A stretch of DNA of 64,000 bases from an uncultured Acidobacteriota bacterium (lineage in GTDB: Bacteria; Acidobacteriota; Polarisedimenticolia; J045). Under the pieces are notes generated by a model that saw only the letters and a program-made list of their open reading frames with translations, was not told the DNA's origin and searched no databases. This document shows, piece after piece, positions 17,283-27,840 of the stretch. The stretch covers positions 17,941 through 81,940 of the forward strand of contig CAVPDB010000002.1 in NCBI GenBank assembly GCA_963702545.1. The letters run 5' to 3'. A program made the position numbers and the translations under genes. Positions within the stretch are counted from its first letter, which is position 1. Every line of letters starts with the position of its first letter.

Positions 17283-19283
17283 TCACGGACGTTTCGGTGC
17301 GACCTCGATCCGCGTCTCGGCCGCGATCGGCGCGGCGTCGCCAGCCGGCGACCACTCTATACGGTAGACCCAGGAGAGCGTCCCGTCGGCGACCTCGGGC
17401 ACTTCGAAACGGTCGACGATCCGTGTGCACGGCGCGTCGCTTGAGATCTCGGGCGACGTCGGCGTCCGGGTTCCGTCGGAGTGGATCAGCCAGGCGCGTA
17501 GGCTGGCAGGAACCGTCGGCCCGGGTCCACAGGCAAAGGTCGTCACTTCGACCGCGTCGCCCGGGGCGAAGGCGCCGATCACCGGCAGAGGTCCTTCCCC
17601 CCGCCGCGTCGCGACGCGCCTGGCCTGACGCCTCTTCGCCTCGCTCAGCGGCAGGCGCAGGTGGTGCTGCCCGGCCCGACGGACGACCGGGCCGCTCATC
17701 CCGGGTTTGCCCGGGTCGGCCAGAGTGATCTCCGCTCGCACGCCGGCGGCCCGCCCGGCCGTGGTGTCGCCGCAGTACGCAAGGAGATCGTACCGCCCGG
17801 GCGGCACCTCGACCTCGGCGCGGTGAAGCGCGAGGACACCGCGCGGCGAGAGGCCCCTCTCGACTTTCGCCGCGGAGAACTCCTCGAACACCCACTCCCG
17901 TCGCCCGCCGTCCTGGCGGAGAAGCGCGCCGACGCTCCATGAGGCCCTGCCCCCGTTCCCCGTTGGAAGCCAGTCGAGACCGTCGAGCACCGCCGCCACC
18001 TCGATCGCCACGAGCCATCGGCGGCCCGCCGGCTGGAGCGGGACGATCGCCGTCGCGACGGCGCCCCCGCTCGACCCGCCCGAGAAGGCGAGGGCGCGCT
18101 GCGCCGCCTCGTGCCAGCGGTCCGCGGGGCGCATCAGCGCCACGCGACGCCGCGCCGTGATTGGCGTGCCGCGGATGCGGACGACGATCGTGTGCAGTTT
18201 CCCGTCGGCCCGCTCCGGCGGACGCAGCGCGACGCGATAGATGCACGAGCACGCGGCCGACTCAGGTCGGGCGCGGTCGTCGTAGCGCACGCCGCTGAGG
18301 TCGGAGAGGTTGGCGCCGAGATTCGTGGTAAGCGGGGTGTAGATCTCGGCACGCGCAAGGGCGGCCGCCGAGCCAGCGCGCTCCATCGCGGTGATCGCGT
18401 CACCGACGTCCCACTCGCTGGCGGTCCGGTACAGACGGCTCGGGAAGAGGAGACCCCTCTGATCCAGCCACACCACCGCTTTTCGTCCGGGGACGGCCCC
18501 CAGCGCGCTCAGCAAGAGCCGGAGCATCTCGAGCGAGCGCCGTACGTGGCCAGCCTCGGCCTGCGCCGCGTTGGTGCACTCCTCGAAGCACGAGAGCTTG
18601 AGGCAACTCTCAGGATCGGGGTGATCGGCACAGGTCTTTAGGCTACCCTCCGCACAACGGCGACACTGGTCGATGCGGAAAGACTGCATCGCGGGGAACG
18701 GGTCGGCGAACCGGGGGTCCTCAAACGCCGCCTCGACCGCGGCGAGCAATCGGGCTTTCTCGGTCGTCATCGAACAGAGCTCGACGAGTTGGCCCTGGTG
18801 ATGAGCGTACGCGAGCCCCCGCGCTCCCTCCGGGTACGCCGCGCCGAGGAAGCGGCGCAACTCGTCGCGAGCCTGCAGCCGGTCACTGGGCGCAAGCTGG
18901 CTCATGTCGACGTACAGGACGAAGACCGGGAGCTCGGCCCGATCCGGCGCGTGGGCCGGCGGCTGTTGGCCCGCGCCTGCAACCGATCCGGCGCTCCCCG
19001 GCGGTGAGACGGCGTCCTCGCCCGGCGACGAGAGGGTGCTGCAGGCACACAGGTCGTCGACCGAGGTGATCTCTGCTGCGCGCAAGTCGATCGTCGCCGT
19101 GAACGCCTCCGCGGCAAGTCCTCGCAGCGGGATACCGTCCGCGTCGACGGCAACGACGTCGATCAGAAGGCGCCGAACGTCGACGTCCTCCCGCAGCATG
19201 CGGTCGGGCTGAGGCTCGGTCGCCCACCCGAGCGTCGCCAGCGCGACAACGAGTGGACCCGCAAACCAGCCACCTCCTAGCAT
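17283..19283 (-). CDS. VWA-domain protein of the 'VWFA-related acidobacterial domain' type, secreted
   Basis: 666 aa with a signal peptide (MLGGGWFAGPLVVALATLGWA). The N-terminal motif EDVDVRRLLIDVVAVDADGIPLRGLAAEAFTATIDLRAAEITSV matches the TIGR03436-like pattern VDVrLV.VDV.V.D..G.pv.gL..edF. It lies between the two 79-bp repeats. Confidence 0.6.
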   Translation of the reverse strand: MLGGGWFAGPLVVALATLGWATEPQPDRMLREDVDVRRLLIDVVAVDADGIPLRGLAAEAFTATIDLRAAEITSVDDLCACSTLSSPGEDAVSPPGSAGSVAGAGQQPPAHAPDRAELPVFVLYVDMSQLAPSDRLQARDELRRFLGAAYPEGARGLAYAHHQGQLVELCSMTTEKARLLAAVEAAFEDPRFADPFPAMQSFRIDQCRRCAEGSLKTCADHPDPESCLKLSCFEECTNAAQAEAGHVRRSLEMLRLLLSALGAVPGRKAVVWLDQRGLLFPSRLYRTASEWDVGDAITAMERAGSAAALARAEIYTPLTTNLGANLSDLSGVRYDDRARPESAACSCIYRVALRPPERADGKLHTIVVRIRGTPITARRRVALMRPADRWHEAAQRALAFSGGSSGGAVATAIVPLQPAGRRWLVAIEVAAVLDGLDWLPTGNGGRASWSVGALLRQDGGRREWVFEEFSAAKVERGLSPRGVLALHRAEVEVPPGRYDLLAYCGDTTAGRAAGVRAEITLADPGKPGMSGPVVRRAGQHHLRLPLSEAKRRQARRVATRRGEGPLPVIGAFAPGDAVEVTTFACGPGPTVPASLRAWLIHSDGTRTPTSPEISSDAPCTRIVDRFEVPEVADGTLSWVYRIEWSPAGDAAPIAAETRIEVAPKRP

Positions 19284-19533
19284 GACCGCGCGAGTGTATC
19301 AGGTCTCTGCCGTGTCCCCCTCGCTGATCCAGTGAGTACGCGACATCCCCGATCTCGGTTGTTTTCGCCTCCATGATCACTGCGGGCAGCGGGCCGGAAG
19401 GAGCCGCCGGCGACTGGAGGTCGGCCGCCACCCCCCGAATTCGGTCGGGGTCAGTCCGCCCAGGCTACTGCGTGGCGTTCGTCGTTGTCGCGCTGCCGCC
19501 AAGCCTCGGCCTTGCGGCGGGCGGCGGCTAGAC

Positions 19534-19612
19534 CGGTCGGCCGCTCCCCCTTCCTGCAGGCCCGCGGCTACGCGCTCCGCCTCATGATCCGCGGCTTGAA
19601 TCGCTCATCTGC
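19534..19612. repeat. 79-bp direct repeat, copy 2
   Basis: Same sequence as 17194..17272 except ataatc/atgatc and cttatc/ctcatc. It abuts the stop codon of the 19615..21363 gene. Confidence 0.8.
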
Positions 19613-19614
19613 CG

Positions 19615-21363
19615 TCAGGGAAACACGATGACGTACGTCGGCGCCGGTTCCGGGTCGGGCTCGCCCTTCCGGGGCCGGGTCGGGTCAATGTGGTCGCAGG
19701 GATCCTCCTCCGGCAATGAGGCCGCCTCCTCCGGCGTGAGCAGGCGTCCGCCGAGCGTCTCGCGCCCGTCGGGCGGGACCGGGGACGGCCGCGGGGGAGG
19801 ATCAACGCGCAGCCCCTCTTCGACGCGGCCGGTGCAGCGTAGGAACCAGCCGAGGTCGCCGAGGCGGGCGGCGCGTTCGTCGGCATCGACGGAGGTCGCG
19901 AGGAGCTCGCGCAGCAGCGCCTCGGCTTCCTCCTTCCGGCGGAGTGCCCACAGCGCGCGGGCCCACGATTCCATGAACCAGCGCTCGTGATCGCTATCGA
20001 GCCGAGGGCGGGTCCGGGCGCGGTCGCGGAGGAACCCGTAGTAGCGCTCGGCCCGCTCGGCAGCCGACCCGCGGTCGTCGCTGCCGTACGGCGGAAGCTC
20101 GTGGTCGATGCCGTGGCCTTCGACGTACGGCGGGCCGTCACCGAGCTCGGGCGGCATCGTCACCGCGAGCCGCCGAGCCGAGCCCGGTGCCCAGCGCGCC
20201 CGTGCGTGCCGGCGCGTGAGGACGAGCGCCGCGCCGCTCGCCGCGTCGACGCGCACCAGGCCGCGCGCGGAGTCGTGCACGACGACGAACGCGCCGTCCG
20301 GCGACCACGCCGGCCGGGATCGCGGCGTGTCGTCGCGCCGGAGCCAGTCCTGCCGCGGCGCGCGGCCGAGCGGCGCCGCCGCGAGCTGCTGCCCGGTCGC
20401 CGCGTCGAGCACGACGAGCGTCCCGTAGAGGTCACCGGAGCCCGAGCCGGCCGGGACCAGGCGCGTGGCCGCGACGCGCGTCCCATCGGGTGAGAAGGCG
20501 CCCCACGCCGTCCGCTCCGCGAGCACGCGGCGCTTTCCGCTCGCGAGTTCGTAGACGGCGAGCGTCGGCGTCCCGGAACCCGTCCCGAGGTCGTCGGAGC
20601 GTACCGGGGTCCACGCGGTGTAGGCGAAGGTGCGTCCGCCCGGAGCCCACGCGTCGAACGCGCGGGTGACGCGGTGCGGGTCGTCGTCCCGGCGCGAGAA
20701 GACCTGGGTGCATCCGGCCATCGGCTCGTCGTCGACGCCGGGCACGCGCTCGATCAGCGCCGTCAGGCCCCACCAGTTGGTGTAGGCGCCGCGCGGCGTC
20801 CCGTCGCCCCACGCGGCGAAGTCCGAGCCGTAGCAGAGCCGGGTCGTCCTGCCCGACGCGAGGTCCAGCGCGAAGAACTCGAAGCACGAGGTGCCGCAGT
20901 GGATCCAGAACACCAGGCGGCCGCGGTCGTCCCATCCGGCGAGCTGGACCGAGCGGATCCCGGTCGCGAGGACCGGGCTGCCGGGCGGCAACAGGTCACG
21001 GACGTTCGTTCCGTTGGCGCGTGCCGTCCAGATCGTGTCCCAGCCGTCGCCGGGGCGAGCCGCGACGAAAACGATGCCCGCGCCGTCCGGCGTCCACGCG
21101 ACCTGATCCGCCGGGTGCGCCGGCGTTCGCACGACGATCCGGGGGGACGCGAAGCCCGGCGCGTCTGCGATCCGCAGCGCGTCGGCGGTCGAGAACAGGA
21201 GGCTCGAGCCGTCCGGCGACCACGCGATCGCGCGCGCCGGCAACGAGGCGACGCTCGTGACGCCCGCGCCGAGACCGGGGCCGGCGGGCGCGGCGGGAGC
21301 GATACCAGCGGCGGCGAAGGCCACGACGAGGACGAGGCACGCACGAAGCGGCGATCGGATCAT
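19615..21363 (-). CDS. Secreted TolB-like / PD40 beta-propeller protein with a C-terminal helical (TPR-like) region
   Basis: Within ORF 19615..21447(-). The start was chosen at MIRSPLRACLVLVVAFAAAGIAPAAPA (ATG 21363, GAAGGAA RBS). Repeated WSPDG...F / AWTPDG... units are typical of PD40/TolB propellers. Confidence 0.65.
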   Translation of the reverse strand: MIRSPLRACLVLVVAFAAAGIAPAAPAGPGLGAGVTSVASLPARAIAWSPDGSSLLFSTADALRIADAPGFASPRIVVRTPAHPADQVAWTPDGAGIVFVAARPGDGWDTIWTARANGTNVRDLLPPGSPVLATGIRSVQLAGWDDRGRLVFWIHCGTSCFEFFALDLASGRTTRLCYGSDFAAWGDGTPRGAYTNWWGLTALIERVPGVDDEPMAGCTQVFSRRDDDPHRVTRAFDAWAPGGRTFAYTAWTPVRSDDLGTGSGTPTLAVYELASGKRRVLAERTAWGAFSPDGTRVAATRLVPAGSGSGDLYGTLVVLDAATGQQLAAAPLGRAPRQDWLRRDDTPRSRPAWSPDGAFVVVHDSARGLVRVDAASGAALVLTRRHARARWAPGSARRLAVTMPPELGDGPPYVEGHGIDHELPPYGSDDRGSAAERAERYYGFLRDRARTRPRLDSDHERWFMESWARALWALRRKEEAEALLRELLATSVDADERAARLGDLGWFLRCTGRVEEGLRVDPPPRPSPVPPDGRETLGGRLLTPEEAASLPEEDPCDHIDPTRPRKGEPDPEPAPTYVIVFP

Positions 21364-21598
21364 CAGCGTTCCTTCGGTAGAAGTATAGCAATGAGACGGG
21401 GTCTCTCGCTCGCCGGACATCGGCACACCCGCGCGATCAAGCGTCATTCACGACCACGGCCGGACGGATACGAGCCCGAAGTGACGTTCTCATTGTCAGA
21501 CCGACTGCGTTACGGAGCCGGGTCAGACTCCGAGCTTTGCCAGGAACGTGGATGGTGCGCGGTCCCTGAGCACAGTGTGCGGTCCGCAGGGATCGTAC

Positions 21599-23398
<1,800 letters not shown>

Positions 23399-23526
23399 GC
23401 GGGAGCGGCCCCGTCCGGGGCGGAAGGCCCCGGGAAACGGCCGATTATAGGGGGCGGGGGGCCGGGGGGCACGTTGGCCCCCCGGACACCCCGGGCTCCG
23501 AGCCGACCGGGCGGCGGGCGGTGAGG

Positions 23527-24453
23527 TCAGCCGCCGTTGATCACGGCGTCGGGGATCTCGTACCGCTCGCCGCCGATCTGGACGATCGACAGGTCCTCCT
23601 GCCGGCTGGTGCGGAACTCGCCGGTGTCGGCCTGGCTCTTGTCGTAGCCGGTGGCGAGCCCCTTCTCGAAGAAGATCACCCGCTTGCGGCCGTCGGGCCT
23701 GGTCACGGTGACCGTCCCGCTGCCGCCCCCCCGGCGGGTCACGCCGAAGGGGCACGAGCGGGTCGGCTGCCCGCCGCCCATCGAGCAGGGGATCTCGCCG
23801 GTGGCGTGAAAGTCGGTGCCGGCCACCTTGGCGTCGCCGGGCGGGCTCGAGGCAGCGGCCCCGCCCTTCTGACAGTCCAACTCCGGAACATGGACGATCG
23901 AGGCGTAGCGGCCGTCCTCGGTGCGAACCGTGATGCAGCGGCCCGTGGAGTTTTCTCTCCAGTTGCTGTACTTGGCGTCTCCCGAGGTCGAGCCATTGCG
24001 GTACGAATAGCCGCGCTGCAGGAGCGCGTCCTCGCCGGACGACGCGCGCGCGCCGACGAGATCCCGCAGGGCGTGCGGCGTGTCACCGGTTTCGGAGCCG
24101 GAGCCGGAGGACGCGCCTGAGTCGGCGTTCCAGCGCACGATCAGCTTCTTGCCGTCCCACTTGTACTCTTGCCCGTTCCCCGTCACCGTGCGGACCACGG
24201 TCTTGCCCTTCTCATCCTTGAAGTGGTCGGGCTTGTCGGCCGGGCTCAGCTCGATCCGGTCGCCGTTGCGCAGTTCGATCGAGACGTAGCCCTGGCGCTG
24301 GGAGAAGGTGCAGGGGCCGGTCGCGCCCTGCTTGGTTTCGCCGTCCTTGCGCATCTCGCACATCGCTTCGGTGGTGTCGGCCAGCGCGGCGCCGCTCCCG
24401 GCGACAACGGACAGGAGGAACAGGGGCAGGGCGAACATCTTGACTGTCTTCAT
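23527..24453 (-). CDS. Hypothetical secreted protein
   Basis: 308-aa ORF with a clear signal peptide ([25 protein letters not shown]), several Cys, and Gly/Ser-rich segments. I recognise no domain. GC is slightly lower than the neighbouring genes. Confidence 0.55.
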   Translation of the reverse strand: MKTVKMFALPLFLLSVVAGSGAALADTTEAMCEMRKDGETKQGATGPCTFSQRQGYVSIELRNGDRIELSPADKPDHFKDEKGKTVVRTVTGNGQEYKWDGKKLIVRWNADSGASSGSGSETGDTPHALRDLVGARASSGEDALLQRGYSYRNGSTSGDAKYSNWRENSTGRCITVRTEDGRYASIVHVPELDCQKGGAAASSPPGDAKVAGTDFHATGEIPCSMGGGQPTRSCPFGVTRRGGGSGTVTVTRPDGRKRVIFFEKGLATGYDKSQADTGEFRTSRQEDLSIVQIGGERYEIPDAVINGG

Positions 24454-24469
24454 CGCGAGTCTCCTTGAG

Positions 24470-24925
24470 TTATCTTCTCGATGCCTGGGCGGGCGCGGGC
24501 GGCGCTAGCCCTTCTTCTTGTCCTGGGCCTCGGGTTCCTTCTCGGAGGCGATCACCGCAAAGTCTGGTTTGGTCGTCGTCTCGCCGGTGGCGGTGGTCGG
24601 CGTCCTTCTCGAGGACGGTGAAGACGCCGGTCGGCGTCTCGTGCCCCTTCTTCCCGGTCGAGACCGTCGTCGCCCCGATGATCACGCCGTTGCGGTAGAC
24701 GTTGGCGCGCTGGTCGGGGATCGAGACCACGATCACCAGCGGGCCGACGGGGGAGGCCTCCGGGTGCCAGACGTACTCGCCGGGCTTGAGCTGCTGCGGC
24801 GGGGCGGTCCGGGCCACCCCTTCGGTCGAGCCGGCCTTGGTCGGGACCTTCTCCGGGGCGGCGGCTGCGGGGAGGGCGGCCAAGGACGAGAGAGCCAGGA
24901 TCGAGAGCAGGGTACGGGTCGTCAT
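24470..24925 (-). pseudogene. L,D-transpeptidase (YkuD domain), N-terminal fragment lacking the catalytic His/Cys half
   Basis: Signal peptide plus the first half of the YkuD domain (PLVIVVSIPDQRANVYRNGVIIGATTVSTGKKGHETPTGVFTVLEK). The sequence then loses all similarity: no ...MPY...HG...SHGC appears in any frame. An alternative frame ends at the TAG at about 24505. Confidence 0.5.
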
Positions 24926-25120
24926 CGGTTACCTCGTCGGCGAGGTGGCTCGTTAGTTTGGCGTGGGCCTGTACTGGCCTGCGCAGGTGGTGGCGGCTGG
25001 GCAGGCTCAGGTTGCGGCGGGAATACTGCCCCAGCTTCGGCGAGGAGGGTAATCCGTGCGTCTCGAATCGTGTGCAGTGAGCCTCGCGCTATCATGGCCT
25101 TCCCGCTACCGGAGCGCACG

Positions 25121-25417
25121 ATGAACGACCGTCACGGCCCCGCCCCCCCCGATCCCGGCGCCCCGCCGCCGGAACTGGTACTGGCCGCGCGCTTCGCCAA
25201 CGTCGCGCTCGTCCCGCTGGTCAAGTCGATGCTGGACGGCGCCGGGATCCCGTTCTACACCCGCAACGAGCTGACGCAGGACCTGATCGGCTGGGGCCGC
25301 TTTGGCGCGATGTTCAACCCGCTGGTGGGCATGGTCGAGTTCTGGGTCCGGGAAGACCAGGTCGATGCGGCGCGCCGCGTGCTGGGGGAACTGGGGCCCG
25401 ACGACGATCCAGCCTGA
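25121..25417 (+). CDS. DUF2007-like small protein (putative signal-transducing protein)
   Basis: C-terminal 98 aa of ORF 24518..25417, starting MNDRHGPAPP...LVLAARFANVALVPLVKSMLDGAGIPFYTRNE...VEFWVREDQVDAARRVL. This is the DUF2007 pattern. The start coordinate is approximate, to within 1 nt. Confidence 0.5.
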   Translation: MNDRHGPAPPDPGAPPPELVLAARFANVALVPLVKSMLDGAGIPFYTRNELTQDLIGWGRFGAMFNPLVGMVEFWVREDQVDAARRVLGELGPDDDPA

Positions 25418-25452
25418 CGGGGCGGCATATCGCTGCAGAGTCCCGCTGCGTT

Positions 25453-25659
25453 TCAGTCCCGCGGCAGGAACCAGTCGATGTGGCCGCAGCGCTCGCAGAC
25501 GTGGATCGTCGCCTTCTTCCCGGCCCACTCCAGGTCGAAGAAGGCCAGCGCGCGGCCGCTCAGCATCGCCTCGCGGCTCCAGAATCGCTGGCCGCCGCAG
25601 ACGCTGCAGGTCAGCAGCTTGCCGGCGACTTCCACGCTCGAGATCTCGTGCTCTTTCAT
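25453..25659 (-). CDS. Small zinc-ribbon protein (CxxC...CxxC), last gene of the AmmeMemoRadiSam operon
   Basis: 68 aa: MKEHEISSVEVAGKLLTCSVCGGQRFWSREAMLSGRALAFFDLEWAGKKATIHVCERCGHIDWFLPRD. It has two CxxC pairs and lies 29 nt downstream of amrS on the same strand. Confidence 0.55.
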   Translation of the reverse strand: MKEHEISSVEVAGKLLTCSVCGGQRFWSREAMLSGRALAFFDLEWAGKKATIHVCERCGHIDWFLPRD

Positions 25660-25687
25660 CCCGTTCGCTCCTCGCTGGGGCCGGTGA

Positions 25688-26842
25688 TCAGGCCCAGATT
25701 CCCGGGATCGCGCGCCGGCAGTCCGGGCACGCCCCCTTTGCCAGTCGGTTTTCCAGCACGGCCATCCCGGTGCGGCGGATCACGATGCGTCCGCAGCCCG
25801 GGCAATAGGTGTGATTGCCGGCGTGTCCCGGCACGTTCCCGACGTAGACGAAGCGCAGCCCCTCGGCCCGCGCCGCGTCGCGGGCCCGTTCCAGCGTGGG
25901 CACCGGCGTCGGCGGGACGTTCATCAGCCGGTAGCTGGGATGGAAGCGCGTGAAGTGGACCGGCGTGTCGGGCCCGACGTCGTCGCGCACGAAGCGCGCG
26001 AGCTGGCGGACCTCGGCCTCGGCGTCGTTGCGGCCCGGGATCACCAGCACCACGATCTCGGTCCACAACCCGTGCTTCGTCAGCCGCTTCAACGTCTCCC
26101 GCACCGGCTTCATCTCGCCGCTGCACAAGTCCTTGTAGAAGCTCTCGGTGAAGGCCTTGAGGTCGACCTTGACCGCTCCCAGCAGCGGGGCCAGGTCCTT
26201 CAGCGGCTCCTCCAGCCACGAGCCGTTCGAGATCACGAGCGTCCGGACGCCGGCCGGCTTCGCCGCCGCCGCGATGTCGTAGACGAACTCCGACCAGACC
26301 ACCGGCTCGGTGTAGGTGCAGGCGATCGTCGGCGCCTCGTAACGCCGCGCGAGCTTCACCAGCTCGGCGGGCGTCACCGGGTGGGTCGTGACCTGCTCCG
26401 GCCGGGCCTGCGCGATCTCCCAGTTCTGGCAGAACCGGCACTCGTAGTTGCAGCCCGGCGCGGCCAGCGAGAGCGCGCTGGTGCCCGGCAGCACGTGGTA
26501 GAAGGGCTTCTTCTCGATCGGGTCCAGGTGGATCGATGCGACGCGCGAGTGGACCAGCGTGTAGTACTCGCCGTTGAGGTTGACCCGCACGCCGCAGGCG
26601 CCGCGCTCCTCGTGCGGCAGCTTGCACTTCTTCGGGCAGAGGCCGCACTCGATCCACTCGTCGGGCAGCGCCTTCCACCAGCGGGCCTTCGTCGCGGCGA
26701 GGCCGGTCGGCTCGGTCAGCGGGATCGCAGGCCCGGTGGCCGCGTCCTGCGCGAGGAGCCGGCCCGGCGCCAGGCAGGCGGCGCACCCGCCGGCCGCGAG
26801 GCCGCGCAGGACGAGCCGCCGCGCCGGGTCGATCCGCCTCAC
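25688..26842 (-). CDS. amrS: AmmeMemoRadiSam system radical SAM enzyme (AmrS) with an N-terminal Tat-like signal
   Basis: Within ORF 25688..27076(-). The start was chosen at the GTG (26842..26840) that overlaps the DUF362 stop as GTGA; no ATG or other start lies between it and the conserved N-terminus. The N-terminus RRIDPARRLVLRGLAAGGCAACLAPGRLLAQDAA is followed by the conserved core ARWWKALPDEWIECGLCPKKCKL...GACGVR...CNYECRFCQNWEIA... Confidence 0.8.
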   Translation of the reverse strand: MRRIDPARRLVLRGLAAGGCAACLAPGRLLAQDAATGPAIPLTEPTGLAATKARWWKALPDEWIECGLCPKKCKLPHEERGACGVRVNLNGEYYTLVHSRVASIHLDPIEKKPFYHVLPGTSALSLAAPGCNYECRFCQNWEIAQARPEQVTTHPVTPAELVKLARRYEAPTIACTYTEPVVWSEFVYDIAAAAKPAGVRTLVISNGSWLEEPLKDLAPLLGAVKVDLKAFTESFYKDLCSGEMKPVRETLKRLTKHGLWTEIVVLVIPGRNDAEAEVRQLARFVRDDVGPDTPVHFTRFHPSYRLMNVPPTPVPTLERARDAARAEGLRFVYVGNVPGHAGNHTYCPGCGRIVIRRTGMAVLENRLAKGACPDCRRAIPGIWA

Positions 26843-27840
26843 GCGTCGACCACCTCCACCCGCTCGAGTTCCGCCACGCCCAGCCCCTTCTTCGCCGCCG
26901 CGGCGATGTAGCGCGGAGCGCGTCCCTCGTCGGTCAGAGACTTCAGTCCCATCACCTTGCGCTGCGCCTCGATCTCGCGCCAACCGAGCGCGTCGATCGC
27001 GACCGGGTCGGTCGAGACCAGCGCGCCGCCCCAGGGCCAGGTCCACTTCGGGCTGCGCCCCGGGCCGGCGTTGCACTGCCCGATCGTTCCATCGACGACC
27101 GTCAGCCGCAGCTTCTTCGCGATCAGGGGCGACGCCGCGAGGTCCGGGATGTACGGGTTGCAGCCGTCGTCATGGTACTTGTTCGGGTTGTGGATCGCGC
27201 CGTACCAGTTCTTGAGCCCGTGCGAAACACCGGCCATCCCGTGGTCCTTGAGCACGCCGACGTTGATCAGCGCGGTGACCTCGTTCGCCAGGAGCTTCGC
27301 GAAACACGAGCCGCCGGCACCCCACTCGCGCGGCGCGGCCTCGTAGGCGTCGTCGGTCCCGACCACGCGCACGCCGCCGGTCTCCGCGAAGCCCGCGTTC
27401 TTCAGCTCGCGGCTGGTGCGGTCCCAGATCACGACCTGGCGCGCGGGGACGCCGGCGGCGATCAGCCACTCCGCGAGCTGCTGCACCAGCCGCGGCTGCG
27501 GCGACAGCCCCTTGCCGGCGATGCAGTTGACCTTGAGTGCGACGATGTCCGAGGGGCGGAACAGCTTGCGCATCGCGTCGACGGGGGTCTTCTCGCCAGC
27601 GGCGCGTGCGAGCGCGGCCCCCAGCGGGGCGAACGCGACCTCCGGGGCGACCGTGCCGTCGGCCGCCGTCCAGCCGGCGCGCCGCGCGCGCACGACGACC
27701 GGCTTGCCGGCGCCCCTGACCTCGGGAGCGGCGTGCGCGTCGCCGAGCGGCCCGCGCAGCAGGAAGGGCCCGGCGGCGGCCCCCGCCGCCCCGGCCAGGA
27801 TCAGCTTCAGCGCGTCGCGCCGTCCGCGGTCGAGCGTCAT
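26839..27840 (-). CDS. DUF362 domain protein with twin-arginine (Tat) signal
   Basis: The C-terminal 333 aa of ORF 26839..30348(-) start MTLDRGRRDALKLILAGAAGAAAGPFLLRGPLGDAHAAP (RRDALK Tat motif). Then comes the DUF362 core (...DIVALKVNCIAGKG...HGMAGVSHGLKNWYG...). Its ATG at 27840 overlaps the stop of the amrBA fusion. Confidence 0.7.
   Translation of the reverse strand: MTLDRGRRDALKLILAGAAGAAAGPFLLRGPLGDAHAAPEVRGAGKPVVVRARRAGWTAADGTVAPEVAFAPLGAALARAAGEKTPVDAMRKLFRPSDIVALKVNCIAGKGLSPQPRLVQQLAEWLIAAGVPARQVVIWDRTSRELKNAGFAETGGVRVVGTDDAYEAAPREWGAGGSCFAKLLANEVTALINVGVLKDHGMAGVSHGLKNWYGAIHNPNKYHDDGCNPYIPDLAASPLIAKKLRLTVVDGTIGQCNAGPGRSPKWTWPWGGALVSTDPVAIDALGWREIEAQRKVMGLKSLTDEGRAPRYIAAAAKKGLGVAELERVEVVDA

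Noticed and set aside
17194-19612. 79-bp repeats as Rho-independent terminators of the VWA and TolB-like genes
   Set aside because: On the transcribed strand the only stem is a 6-bp CCGCGG/CCGCGG pairing with a 21-nt loop and no following U-tract, which is too weak for an intrinsic terminator.
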